Positions 11,701 through 19,453 of a stretch of 64,000 bases of DNA are shown here, piece after piece. The notes beneath the pieces are model-generated. The model ran no database searches and was not told the origin of the DNA. It worked only from the letters and a program-made list of their open reading frames with translations. Made by a program: the position numbers and the translations under genes. The stretch spans positions 4,172,130-4,236,129 of the forward strand of contig CP064972.1 in the NCBI GenBank assembly GCA_016699405.1. Direction: 5' to 3'. Every line of letters begins with the position of its first letter. Position 1 is the first letter of the stretch. The DNA is from Holophagales bacterium (lineage in GTDB: Bacteria; Acidobacteriota; Thermoanaerobaculia; Multivoradales; JAGPDF01).

Positions 11701-14676
11701 ACGGACGCCCTCGACGTTCCGCTCGAACTGCCCGAGGCCGGCGTCTACGTCGTCGAGCTCGAAGCGCGCGATCGGCTCGGTCGCGCCCAGACGATGGCCG
11801 TCGACCTCTTCGCCGGCGGTGGCGAGCCGGTGGCCTGGCCGAAGCCGGCGACCGCCGTCTTCCAGGTCACCCCGGACAAGGCTCGCTACGAGCCCGGCAC
11901 GACCGCACGACTGGTCCTGCAGAGCCCGTTCCAGAGCGGCGAGGCGCTCTGCGTCGTCGAGGCACCGGACGGCAACCGCTACTCCTGGCTGCCGGTGCGC
12001 GGCGGACAGGCGGTCTTCGAGCTCCCGGTCGACGGCAGCTTCACGCCGCGCGTTCCCGTTCACTTCCTGCTGCTGCGTGGACGCCTGCCCGGAAGCGCGC
12101 CGGTTCCCGGCAACGCCACCGACCTCGGGCGCCCGGCGACCTTCGGCGCCACCGTCTGGCTCGATGTCGAGCCGACGGCTCATCGGCTCTCCCTCGAGCT
12201 CGCCTACCCGGCGCAGGCACGGCCGGCGCAGGAGATCGACGTCGCCATCACCCTGAAGGACCCGGCCGGCAAACCGCTCGCCGGCGAGGTCACGCTCTGG
12301 CTCGTCGACCAGGCGGTCCTGGCGCTCGGTCGCGAGCAGCGGCTCGACCCGGTACCGAGCTTCCTCACCGCCGTGACGAGCTACTTCTCGGCTCGCGACA
12401 CGCGCTCGCTGGTCTTCGGCTACCTGCCGTTCGCCAAGCAGCCCGGCGGCGACGAGGGCGAAGAGAGCAAGTCGCTGCTCGACCGGCAGACGGTGCGCAA
12501 GAACTTCCAGCCGGTGCCGTACTACAACCCGGCGATCGCCGTCGGGCCGGACGGCGTCGCCCGCGTCAAAGTGAAGCTCCCCGACGACCTGACCAATTTC
12601 ATGCTGCGCGCCAAGGCGGTCGCCGGCAACGAGCGCCTCGGCTTCGCCACGGGCAAGATCGAGGTTCGCCAACCGGTCGTCCTGCAACCCTCGCTGCCCC
12701 GCTTCGTCCGGCCAGGCGACCTCTTCTCGGCCACCGCCGTCGGCCGCCTGCTCGAAGGGGCCGCCGGCGCCGGACGTGCCGAGGCGCGACTCGAAGGGCT
12801 CGAACCGCGAGGGGAGACGCACGCGACCTTCGAGTGGACGGCCAATCGCCCGACACGGCTCGACTTCCCGGTCTCCGTGCCCACACCCGGCTACGACGCC
12901 GAGGGCCGGCTGACGCGACGCGAGGTGGTCGTGCGCATGGGTGCCGAACGGACGAGCGATAACGCCGGCGATGCCTTCGAGGTCCGCCTGCCGATCCGCG
13001 ACGACCGCGATCGCGTCGTCCTGCGCGCCCTCGGCGAGCTCAAGGCGGGCGAGGCGTGGAAGCTCCCGGAGCCCACAGAAGCGACGCGACCCGGCTCGCT
13101 CAAGCGCAAGCTCCTGGTGTCGAACGACCCGGCGCTCGCCGCCATGTCCGCCGGCCTCGACTTCCTCCTCGCCTACCCCTACGGCTGCACCGAGCAACGG
13201 CTCGCCACCACGCGCGCCCAGGTGGCGCTCAAGCGGTTCCGCGAGTTGCTCCATCTCGAGGGAGGAGAGAAGCAGCTCGACCGCGCGGTGGCCGACACGA
13301 TGGCCTGGCTGCCGCTCGTCCAGCAGCCGAGCGGGCTCCTGTCGTACTGGCCGGGCGGCTCCGCCTCGGTGTCGCTGACCGCGTGGGCCGCCGAGTTCCT
13401 CGCCGAAGCGCGCGACGCCGGCTACACGGTCGATGCGGGCGTCGAGGAGCGGGCGCTGCGCGCACTGGCCCAGGCGCTGCGCTCCGACTACTCCGGCTTC
13501 CTCGACGGCGAGGCCTGGGCGGAGCGCACCTGGGCGCTACGCGCGCTGGCGCGTTCCGGCAAGTTCGACCCGGCCTACGGCAACGAGCTCGCGCGACGCG
13601 CCCAGATGCTCGACCTCGAGAACGTGGCGAGCGTGCTCACCGCGTTCGACCGCGCCGGCAAGGGCGACTCGCCGGCGCTGCCGCCGCTCGAAGAGACGTT
13701 GTGGAAGGGGTTCGTCGTGCGGCTCTGGCAGGGTCGGGAGACCTACGGCGGGCTGCAGACCGGCCGGCGCGCCGCAAGCTCGCTCATCCTTCCTTCGGAG
13801 ACCCGGACGATCGCCGAGATGACGCGCGCGCTCGTTCCGCGTGCTTCCGGAGCCGAAGAGGAGAAGCGGCTGGCCATCCTCAGCGACGCCCTCGTCGCGC
13901 TCGGGCGCGGCGATGGCTGGGGCTCGACCAACGCCAACGCCGCGGCGATCCTCGCCCTCTCCGAGCTCCTCGCGCACGGACGGCCCGGCGCACCGGAGGC
14001 GAGCGCGACACTGCGCACCGTCGACGGCGAGCGGCACCTCGCGCTTTCCGAGCGCGAGCCGACCGCCTACTGGACGTCGACGCGGCCGGGAGCCGCCGAG
14101 CTGATGCTCGCCGCGACAGGAGCCGGCAAGGTCCTGGCGCGCGCCGAGGCGAGCTACCTGCCCGCCGCCGACGGGAGCCAGGCGGCGGCACGGCGGGACG
14201 GCTTCGTGGTCACCCGCGAGCAGCTGGTGCTGCGCGGCGAAGCGGCCCCGGGCAGCGCGATCGTGCCGGAGCGGATCGCTCTCGACCAGCCGGGCAAGAG
14301 CGTGGCACTCACCGTCGGCGAGGTGGTCGAAGAGCACGTGCAGGTCGTCAACCCGCAGGACCGCACCTACGTCGCCGTGGCCGTGCCGCTCGCCGCGGGG
14401 TTCGAGCCGCTCAACCCGAACCTCGAGACGGCACCGCCGGAGGCCAAGCCCGCGGGCCAGCTCACCTTGGCGCCGACCTACGCCTCGTACCTCGACGACC
14501 AGGTGACCTGGTACTTCGACTCGCTGCCGAAGGGCACCTACGACTTCTACTTCCGCGTTCGTGCCCAGATCCCCGGCAGCTTCATCCAGCCGCCGGCCAA
14601 GGCCGAGGCGATGTACGACGCCAGCCAGATCGGCACCAGCCCCGGCGCGCGGGTGGAAGTGAGGCCGAAGCCGTAG
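8767..14676 (+). CDS. bacterial alpha-2-macroglobulin family protein (thioester-containing, YfhM/ECAM-like)
   Basis: 1,969 aa. GGAGG RBS. Signal peptide. Thioester motif GCTEQ encoded at 13183-13197 (…AYPYGCTEQRLATT…). Size and MG-domain-like N-terminal region are typical of bacterial A2M. Confidence 0.85.
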   Translation: MNAETSIHPVDRASVAGPWRGATSRRSARVALLAAALVLTSGPWLQAAESPATPPTRPARPAASTGSTVVVPDRFLRRWDPLTVFFAADLGPSSGGPEDHPERVVSITPAQPGAFTWLDARTLQFQPAEPWPALARVTVKAAEGTFRLSTLLSPPIASQPSAGAEGLAPVDEIALTFSEPLPDEALARALAIEIRPLPGFGEGGARALARDDFAVKRLERGKPSDPATYVLSLRQPIALGQRVTVRFRLSLDEAPDKTFAELVFATAEPFRALRFGCRIAQLPVVPGGARYTAEQALACEDGDPAVVVDFSALPRELGPVAARNLVRLSPTVPNLEAKLSGKRLELRGDFARETAYRVSLAPTPLTDERGRKLDLQGPNELTLAFPRAPSYLRLASGFGLAERNGPQMIPVTGRGDERVDLRLHRIEPLDRSFWPFGDVPVEVDEGERPPGPGERPEPWKRADSGPPQAELARRIAALGSPPISALVDLPLRRDGGTASFGLDLGPHLARLAGAGEPGTYLVGLRRLGASEKRSWMRLQVSDLALTTLEEPHRVVFAVTSLASALPVAGAQVTVEGTEWAGSKASWVELFRGSTDGTGQVVWTAPGPMEGGRRSVRRIVVSRGNDTLVLDPEQAPDGFADNRWSRTYGDWLAWTQESLDDRGAHAERLAHLFTERPVYRPDEPVHVKAFLRTRSEGHLEPIADELQLVIEGPGDLVWRYRVTPNALGSVYWKFDEKDLPTGTYRAHFEPLDGGEEVSGAVAFRKEAYRLPRFEVRLDGPDRAPLDRELDVKLTATYYAGGRVAARPIEWRVTQFPYDWSPKTRPGFLFSSDSRFSRESRFESTPAIEQAGVTDEDGGAKLTINPAIEPTSQPRTYVVEATVVDADDMTVSATRQVVALPPILLGLKVPRYVERAGTLRPQILVLGPDDKPVAGQSVTVRLSQRRWHSYLRASDFSDGVARYITEVVDEKLSESVVTSGTDALDVPLELPEAGVYVVELEARDRLGRAQTMAVDLFAGGGEPVAWPKPATAVFQVTPDKARYEPGTTARLVLQSPFQSGEALCVVEAPDGNRYSWLPVRGGQAVFELPVDGSFTPRVPVHFLLLRGRLPGSAPVPGNATDLGRPATFGATVWLDVEPTAHRLSLELAYPAQARPAQEIDVAITLKDPAGKPLAGEVTLWLVDQAVLALGREQRLDPVPSFLTAVTSYFSARDTRSLVFGYLPFAKQPGGDEGEESKSLLDRQTVRKNFQPVPYYNPAIAVGPDGVARVKVKLPDDLTNFMLRAKAVAGNERLGFATGKIEVRQPVVLQPSLPRFVRPGDLFSATAVGRLLEGAAGAGRAEARLEGLEPRGETHATFEWTANRPTRLDFPVSVPTPGYDAEGRLTRREVVVRMGAERTSDNAGDAFEVRLPIRDDRDRVVLRALGELKAGEAWKLPEPTEATRPGSLKRKLLVSNDPALAAMSAGLDFLLAYPYGCTEQRLATTRAQVALKRFRELLHLEGGEKQLDRAVADTMAWLPLVQQPSGLLSYWPGGSASVSLTAWAAEFLAEARDAGYTVDAGVEERALRALAQALRSDYSGFLDGEAWAERTWALRALARSGKFDPAYGNELARRAQMLDLENVASVLTAFDRAGKGDSPALPPLEETLWKGFVVRLWQGRETYGGLQTGRRAASSLILPSETRTIAEMTRALVPRASGAEEEKRLAILSDALVALGRGDGWGSTNANAAAILALSELLAHGRPGAPEASATLRTVDGERHLALSEREPTAYWTSTRPGAAELMLAATGAGKVLARAEASYLPAADGSQAAARRDGFVVTREQLVLRGEAAPGSAIVPERIALDQPGKSVALTVGEVVEEHVQVVNPQDRTYVAVAVPLAAGFEPLNPNLETAPPEAKPAGQLTLAPTYASYLDDQVTWYFDSLPKGTYDFYFRVRAQIPGSFIQPPAKAEAMYDASQIGTSPGARVEVRPKP

Positions 14677-14682
14677 CGAGCG

Positions 14683-14724
14683 GCTGGACGAGGGGCGTCG
14701 CTCGCGCGGGGCCTCTCGTCCAGC
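14683..14724 (+). terminator. 13-bp GC-rich stem-loop immediately after the A2M stop (terminator-like, no U-tract)
   Basis: gctggacgagggg…(16-nt loop)…cctctcgtccagc pairs with one G·U. It begins 7 nt after the TAG at 14674-14676. Confidence 0.35.
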
Positions 14725-14898
14725 ACCGCCGTCGCCGTGTCGCAAATGACTGACGTAGCTCCACTTGCCAAGTCCCTGGCACCTTTCTTGGCGGGCTGAG
14801 GTCGACGCTCGCGGTCACCTCCCGTCCCGTTCTCCAGCAACCCGGCCGATGCCGGTCACCTGGCGGAAGATCGCCAAGAAGGATCGAGGCCCGCGGCC

Positions 14899-15729
14899 TC
14901 AGACAATCCAGAATCTGACCTGCTGCTCCTCGAGGAAGCTCCGCGCTCCGCTGCCCTGGAGGTAGGCGAGGGTCGAGAGCGTACCGGCCTCGAGACAGGA
15001 ACGGGCGACGACGGTGACCGACCGCGGGGCGCCCTGGACCGGCCAGCCGGTGCGTGGGTCGAGGATGTGGCCGAGGCGCTTGCCGCGCCAACGCACGAAG
15101 CGTCGGGCATCGCCGCTGGTCGCCAACCCCGCGCAGGCGAGGTCGAGGCGAACCAGGGCAGCCCGGCCGGAGCGTTCCGGGTCGTCGATCCCGATGCTCC
15201 AGGTGCGGCCGCCCCGTCGGAGATGGCCGACGCAGAGGTCGCCGCCGAAGTTCACCACCGTCGAGGCCGAGGAGCGAGCGGCGAGCAGCGCCGCCACCCG
15301 GTCGACGGCGTACTCCTTGCCGAGGCCGCCGAAGTCGATCTCCATCCCCGCCGGCAGCGTGAGCTCGGGATCGCTCCAGCCGACCTTCGACCACCCCACG
15401 AGCGCGAGACACTCGCCGATCGCCCGCGCCGACGGGATCTGCGTGCCACCGTCGAACGACCAGATCCGCCGCAGGACTCCCGAGGTGATGTCGAACCGCC
15501 CGCCCGAGAGCTCCCAGCAGGTGGCGGCGTAGTGGAGCAACTGCGCGGTCTCCTCGTCGACGCAGACCGGCCGGCCCCCTGCGAGATGGATCTGGTGGAC
15601 GACGCTGTCATCACGATAACGGCTGAACTTGCGCTCGACGCGCCGCGCTTCCTCCGCCGCGATCGCGACGAGCGCCGTCGCCTCCTCGCGATCGTCGGTG
15701 TCGACGAGGACCGAGCAAGGGCTCGCCAT
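14899..15729 (-). CDS. apbE: FAD:protein FMN transferase (ApbE family)
   Basis: ApbE-like sequence throughout (…RRVERKFSRYRDDSVVHQIN… matches the conserved ApbE N-terminal region; …GGLGKEYAVDRV…). No hydrophobic signal peptide lies upstream of Met-15729, so the protein is possibly cytoplasmic or its start is mis-set. Confidence 0.75.
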   Translation of the reverse strand: MASPCSVLVDTDDREEATALVAIAAEEARRVERKFSRYRDDSVVHQIHLAGGRPVCVDEETAQLLHYAATCWELSGGRFDITSGVLRRIWSFDGGTQIPSARAIGECLALVGWSKVGWSDPELTLPAGMEIDFGGLGKEYAVDRVAALLAARSSASTVVNFGGDLCVGHLRRGGRTWSIGIDDPERSGRAALVRLDLACAGLATSGDARRFVRWRGKRLGHILDPRTGWPVQGAPRSVTVVARSCLEAGTLSTLAYLQGSGARSFLEEQQVRFWIV

Positions 15730-15831
15730 CGCCGAGAACCGTCCGACGAAGTAGTCCTCGACGCGCTCGGTCGCCGGAGGCAGCTCCGGCGACCGGGCGA
15801 CGTCGTGCGGGCGAGCGGACAGGAGCGGCCC

Positions 15832-17127
15832 TCAGAAGCGGCGCGAGTAGGCAACGACCAGCGCGACGCTGTTGACTCCCGGCGCCAGGTCGAATCGGCG
15901 CTGCACGCCGATCGCGCCGTCCGGCGAGCCGTCCCCCTGTTGCCGGATGTAGTCCGCCCGCACCGTCCATTCCCCGGGGCTCTCGAACGCCCGGAAGGTG
16001 AAGGCGGCTCCCAGGGTGACCGAGCTCAGCTTGCCCAGCCGGTAATCGGCGGTGGCGAACTCCGGCAGATCGGCCCCTTGGACCAGCCCGGCGGTGAAGA
16101 AGTTGGCCGCCGTCTGCTGATAGAGCCGCAGCCGCGGCTCGAGGTACCAGCCGTCGCCGAGGTCGTGTCGGTACTTCAGCTCGAGGGTGTGGGAGCGCAC
16201 GTCCCACGAGTCCCAGTAATAGCGGTAGGTGCTGTAGAAGATGTCGTCGGTCAGATGGTAGACCGAGCTCAGCAGCAGCGAGTTGCGGTCGCGCGTCGAC
16301 GGCCGCTTGTCGGTGAGCTGGCCGACCGGAACGCCGGTGCGCGGGTCCATCAGGCTGATCACTTTGTACGGCTCGGTGAGGTAGCCCCGCTCGGCGGTGC
16401 GCGAGGCGTCGAGCGCCACCATCCAGCGGCGCGAGAGGATGCGCGACAGGCCGAACAGCACGCTCGTCGAGCGCTTCGAGTTGTTCCGGTCGACGAGCAC
16501 GTTGCCGTCGGAAAGACCCTCGGGTGTCCCGCCGAGGGGCGAGACGCGGTCCTCGTTGACGCCGGCTCCGACGGTGAGGGTGAAGAGCTTCTGCATCAGG
16601 TCGAAGGTGACCTTGCCGTTCGCCCCGAGCGACTCGTAGTCCTTCTCGTGGGAAGCGTGCAACCCGATCGTCGAGGCCGCGAGCCTGCCGAGAGGCGCCT
16701 GCCATTCGCCGTCGAGCGCCACGCGCTGGTCCTGAAAGTCGTTCAACGGGATCTCTCCGGCGGCCGAGGTGGTGACGCGACCGGAGGCACTCGTGTGCGT
16801 CTGCACGCTGCCCGACGGCAGCGCGCCCGTCGGCGAGGCGCCGGTGATCACGTCCACGGTGAGCTGCCCCGAGAGCGACTGCCCGTTGCCGAACAGGCGC
16901 GACGCGCGCACGATCGGTTCGTAGACCTGCGCCCGGCCCTGCTCGCCGTAGAGCAGGGTCGTGATGTCGAGCTGGTTGGCCGGCTGCGTCGACTCGGCCG
17001 AGGCGGCCGCGGGAACCAGCAGCAACGCGAGCGCTGCCTTGCCCAGTCGGTCGCGGAGCGACGGCGTGACCTCGCCGCCCGGAGCCGGCGCGGTGGCGGC
17101 TGCGGCGTCTCTTTCCTCTAGTTGCAT
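15832..17127 (-). CDS. DUF3570-family protein (predicted outer-membrane β-barrel), carries candidate flavinylation motif
   Basis: Signal-peptide-like N-terminal region (LGKAALALLLVPAAASAES). Alternating β-strand pattern. C-terminal …VVAYSRRF with terminal Phe. DVITGAS is encoded at 16834-16854. Confidence 0.7.
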   Translation of the reverse strand: MQLEERDAAAATAPAPGGEVTPSLRDRLGKAALALLLVPAAASAESTQPANQLDITTLLYGEQGRAQVYEPIVRASRLFGNGQSLSGQLTVDVITGASPTGALPSGSVQTHTSASGRVTTSAAGEIPLNDFQDQRVALDGEWQAPLGRLAASTIGLHASHEKDYESLGANGKVTFDLMQKLFTLTVGAGVNEDRVSPLGGTPEGLSDGNVLVDRNNSKRSTSVLFGLSRILSRRWMVALDASRTAERGYLTEPYKVISLMDPRTGVPVGQLTDKRPSTRDRNSLLLSSVYHLTDDIFYSTYRYYWDSWDVRSHTLELKYRHDLGDGWYLEPRLRLYQQTAANFFTAGLVQGADLPEFATADYRLGKLSSVTLGAAFTFRAFESPGEWTVRADYIRQQGDGSPDGAIGVQRRFDLAPGVNSVALVVAYSRRF

Positions 17128-17348
17128 CCGCAGCCTCCGCCTCCGACGTCCTGACCGCCCATCGACGCCTCCTTGCTGAAGTAGATGTGGTCGTCGATGC
17201 CGCGCAGCATCGGGCAGGGATTGAACCGCATCCCCTTCTCGGCGAGCAGGTCACGGTCCCACGGACGCACGCTCGCGCACCCGGCGAGCGCACCGGCGAG
17301 AAGCAGCGTGGCGGCTGCACGCGGCAGCCAGGTCGACAGGTCTCTCAT
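17118..17348 (-). CDS. DUF4266-family lipoprotein
   Basis: 76 aa. Lipobox LAGC. Family-typical C-terminal GGGGCGCN. 10-nt overlap with the downstream DUF3570 gene. Its start overlaps the tlpA-like stop (ATGA). Confidence 0.7.
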   Translation of the reverse strand: MRDLSTWLPRAAATLLLAGALAGCASVRPWDRDLLAEKGMRFNPCPMLRGIDDHIYFSKEASMGGQDVGGGGCGCN

Positions 17349-17881
17349 CTCGCGACGGCCTCCTCGATCCGTCTCTCGATCGCTTCCTCGTCTCGCACGG
17401 CGAATCCGGCATGTTCGAACACGATCCGGCCGTGGCGGTCGACGACATAGCTCGACGGCATGGTCGAGACGCCGTACGCCTCCGCCGTCGTGCCTGCCGG
17501 GTCGAAGGCCACGGTGAAGCTGGGCGAGAACTCGCGCAGAAAGGCCGCGGCCGGCTCCCGCCGCTTGTCGAGATTGATCGCCACGACCACCAGACCGGAC
17601 GAGCGGTAGCGCTCGGCCATCGTCGACAGCCAGGGGAACGACTGCCGGCACGGTCCACACCACGAGGCCCAGAAGTCGATCAAGACCACCTTGCCGCGCA
17701 GCGACTCGAGCGAGACCGGTCCGCGCTCGGTCGGCAGGTCGAAGGCCGCCGCGGACGCCGGCACGGTTGCCGCGGCCCCCTCCGGAGGACGGCGGCGCGC
17801 CTCGGCGGGCGGCGCCAGGAGCGTCGTGAGGAGCAGGAGGGTGAGTCTGGCGAGCGAGCGGATCCCGTGGGCTTCGCGGCG
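17345..17881 (-). CDS. thioredoxin-like thiol:disulfide oxidoreductase (TlpA/ResA family)
   Basis: WCGPC active site (…VVLIDFWASWCGPCRQSFPW…). N-terminal membrane anchor or signal (IRSLARLTLLLLTTLLAPP). Start codon is uncertain; the ATG-based ORF extends to 18031 through an R/S-rich stretch that is probably not coding. Confidence 0.7.
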   Translation of the reverse strand, partial: RREAHGIRSLARLTLLLLTTLLAPPAEARRRPPEGAAATVPASAAAFDLPTERGPVSLESLRGKVVLIDFWASWCGPCRQSFPWLSTMAERYRSSGLVVVAINLDKRREPAAAFLREFSPSFTVAFDPAGTTAEAYGVSTMPSSYVVDRHGRIVFEHAGFAVRDEEAIERRIEEAVAR

Positions 17882-18078
17882 AAGCGATCGGGTGGAGGAA
17901 AAGAGAGCGGTGCGCACGGGTTGGCGCGGCGAGCAAGAGCGGTGCCAGGCCGACGACGCCGAAAGGGCACCGCTCGCGGGGTCCGATGTCGTCATCCCGG
18001 GACAGCTCCGTCGCTTTTCGAGACGGTGCATCGAGGGACAGCAGGTCGATCTCGCGATGGCGGAAGGGTCGAGCCGTC

Positions 18079-18107
18079 TTGACCGGATGGTGGTCCTCCT
18101 CTACGCT
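18079..18107 (+). promoter_or_regulatory. candidate sigma70-type promoter for proBA (TTGACC-17-TACGCT)
   Basis: -35 TTGACC at 18079-18084, a 17-nt spacer, then -10 TACGCT at 18102-18107. It lies in the divergent intergenic region between the tlpA-like gene and proB. Confidence 0.4.
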
Positions 18108-18217
18108 GATTGGCGATGTCGCCCGGGTCGCGCCCTCTTGCCGAGCTCTTCGCACCTGGTCCGCGGAGCCCAGGGCGAGCGGCAGGTTGACCATGCGGGC
18201 GATCGCGCCAATCGCAA

Positions 18218-18249
18218 CCCCCGGGAACGACGAGCACCCGGGGGTTTTT
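18218..18249 (+). terminator. intrinsic terminator/attenuator hairpin in the proB leader
   Basis: cccccggg-(11-nt loop)-cccggggg followed by TTTTT (18245-18249). It lies 23 nt upstream of the proB ATG. A 23-codon uORF (18193-18264) reads through it. Confidence 0.5.
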
Positions 18250-18271
18250 AGTTTCTCGGAGTGAACCCGAA

Positions 18272-19453
18272 ATGAACGGATCGGCAATCCCGAAAGCGGC
18301 GGACCGAGACCTGGCCGACCGCCCGGAGATCGCCGCCGCGCAGCGCGTCGTGATCAAAGTCGGCACGCGCGTGCTCACCGGCGACGACGGCGGCCTCGCG
18401 CTGTCGCGTCTCTTCGCCCTCGTCGAGACGGCGGCGCGGCTGCGACGTCGCGGGCGCGAAGTGCTGATCGTCAGCTCGGGCGCCGTCGGGCTCGGGCGCG
18501 ACGCACTGGGTCTCGCCACGAGCCCGCTCGAGCTCGCCGAGCGTCAGGCCTGCGCCGCCGTCGGCCAGTGCCGGCTGATGGCGCTCTACGACGCGGGCTT
18601 CGCCCGGCTCGGCCTGGTCTGCGCCCAGGTGCTGCTCACCCAGAGCGATTTCGACGATCGCGCCCGCTATCTCGCCCTGCGCGACACGCTGACCGCACTG
18701 CTGCGTCACGGCGTGGTGCCGGTGATCAACGAAAACGACACCGTCTCGACCGAAGAGCTCGCCTTCGTCGGCGCCGCTCACGGCGAACGCCCGGTGTTCG
18801 GCGACAACGACCGACTGGCGGCGCTCGTCGCCACCAAGCTCGGCGCCGAGCTGCTGCTGCTCGCCACCGACGTCGAAGGCCTCTACGACCGCGACCCACG
18901 AGAGCCCGGCGCCCGTCTCGTCGAACGGCTCGACGACCCGGCGACGCTCGATGGCGTCCTCCCGGGAGCGGCGAGCGGCGGCTCCGGGCGCGGCGGCATC
19001 CGTAGCAAGGTCGACTCGGCCTGGATCGCCGCGCGCTCAGGCTGCCACGCGGTGATCGCCTCGGGGCGCCGGCCCGGCGCGCTCGACGCGGTGCTCGACG
19101 GCGCGACGGTCGGGACGTGGTTCCCGGCTCACGCCGGGGCGCTGCCGGCTCGTCACCGCTGGCTGGCGTTCGCCACCGCGCCGCGCGGCGTCCTCCATCT
19201 CGACGCCGGCGCCGTCGCTGCCCTGCGCGAGCGCGGCGCGTCGCTGCTCGCTCGCGGCGTCACCCGCGTCGACGGCGAGTTCGAGCGCGGCGAGGCAGTC
19301 GACCTGGTCGGCCCGGACCGCCGCCGCGTCGGCCGCGGCATCGTCTACTGCGACGCCGCCGCCGCTCGCGCCTGGAGCGCCGGCCAGGCGCCGGATGGGG
19401 TGCGCAACCACCACGCGCTGATCCACCGCGATCATCTGGTGCTCGAGCCATGA
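18272..19453 (+). CDS. proB: glutamate 5-kinase (with C-terminal PUA domain)
   Basis: …VIKVGTRVLT…, …LIVSSGAVGLG… and an aspartokinase-type fold. 393 aa. ATGA overlap with proA. Confidence 0.9.
   Translation: MNGSAIPKAADRDLADRPEIAAAQRVVIKVGTRVLTGDDGGLALSRLFALVETAARLRRRGREVLIVSSGAVGLGRDALGLATSPLELAERQACAAVGQCRLMALYDAGFARLGLVCAQVLLTQSDFDDRARYLALRDTLTALLRHGVVPVINENDTVSTEELAFVGAAHGERPVFGDNDRLAALVATKLGAELLLLATDVEGLYDRDPREPGARLVERLDDPATLDGVLPGAASGGSGRGGIRSKVDSAWIAARSGCHAVIASGRRPGALDAVLDGATVGTWFPAHAGALPARHRWLAFATAPRGVLHLDAGAVAALRERGASLLARGVTRVDGEFERGEAVDLVGPDRRRVGRGIVYCDAAAARAWSAGQAPDGVRNHHALIHRDHLVLEP

Noticed and set aside
683-14676. hrpB adjacent to a cell-envelope A2M/PBP system (E. coli has hrpB next to mrcB)
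   Set aside because: Probably coincidental synteny. There is no overlap or operon linkage, and a 136-bp intergenic region separates hrpB from the secretory operon.
14795-14812. σ54-like TGGCAC-N-TTGG element downstream of the A2M gene
   Set aside because: The GG-GC spacing is off by one, the -12 element is TTGG rather than TTGC, and no plus-strand gene follows to be transcribed from it.
17882-18031. N-terminal 50 codons of the ATG-based TlpA ORF (MHRLEKRRSCPGMTTSDPASG…)
   Set aside because: They precede the signal/anchor helix and are Ser/Arg-rich, so they are probably 5' UTR of the tlpA operon. The true start is likely a non-ATG codon just before IRSLARLTLLLL.
18108-18213. Long-range 8-bp complementarity (gattggcg / cgccaatc) that could enclose a roughly 100-nt aptamer-like domain ahead of the proB terminator
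   Set aside because: The 5' arm overlaps the predicted transcription start, so it may not be in the RNA. No known riboswitch class matches. Only the promoter, uORF and terminator are retained as a finding.
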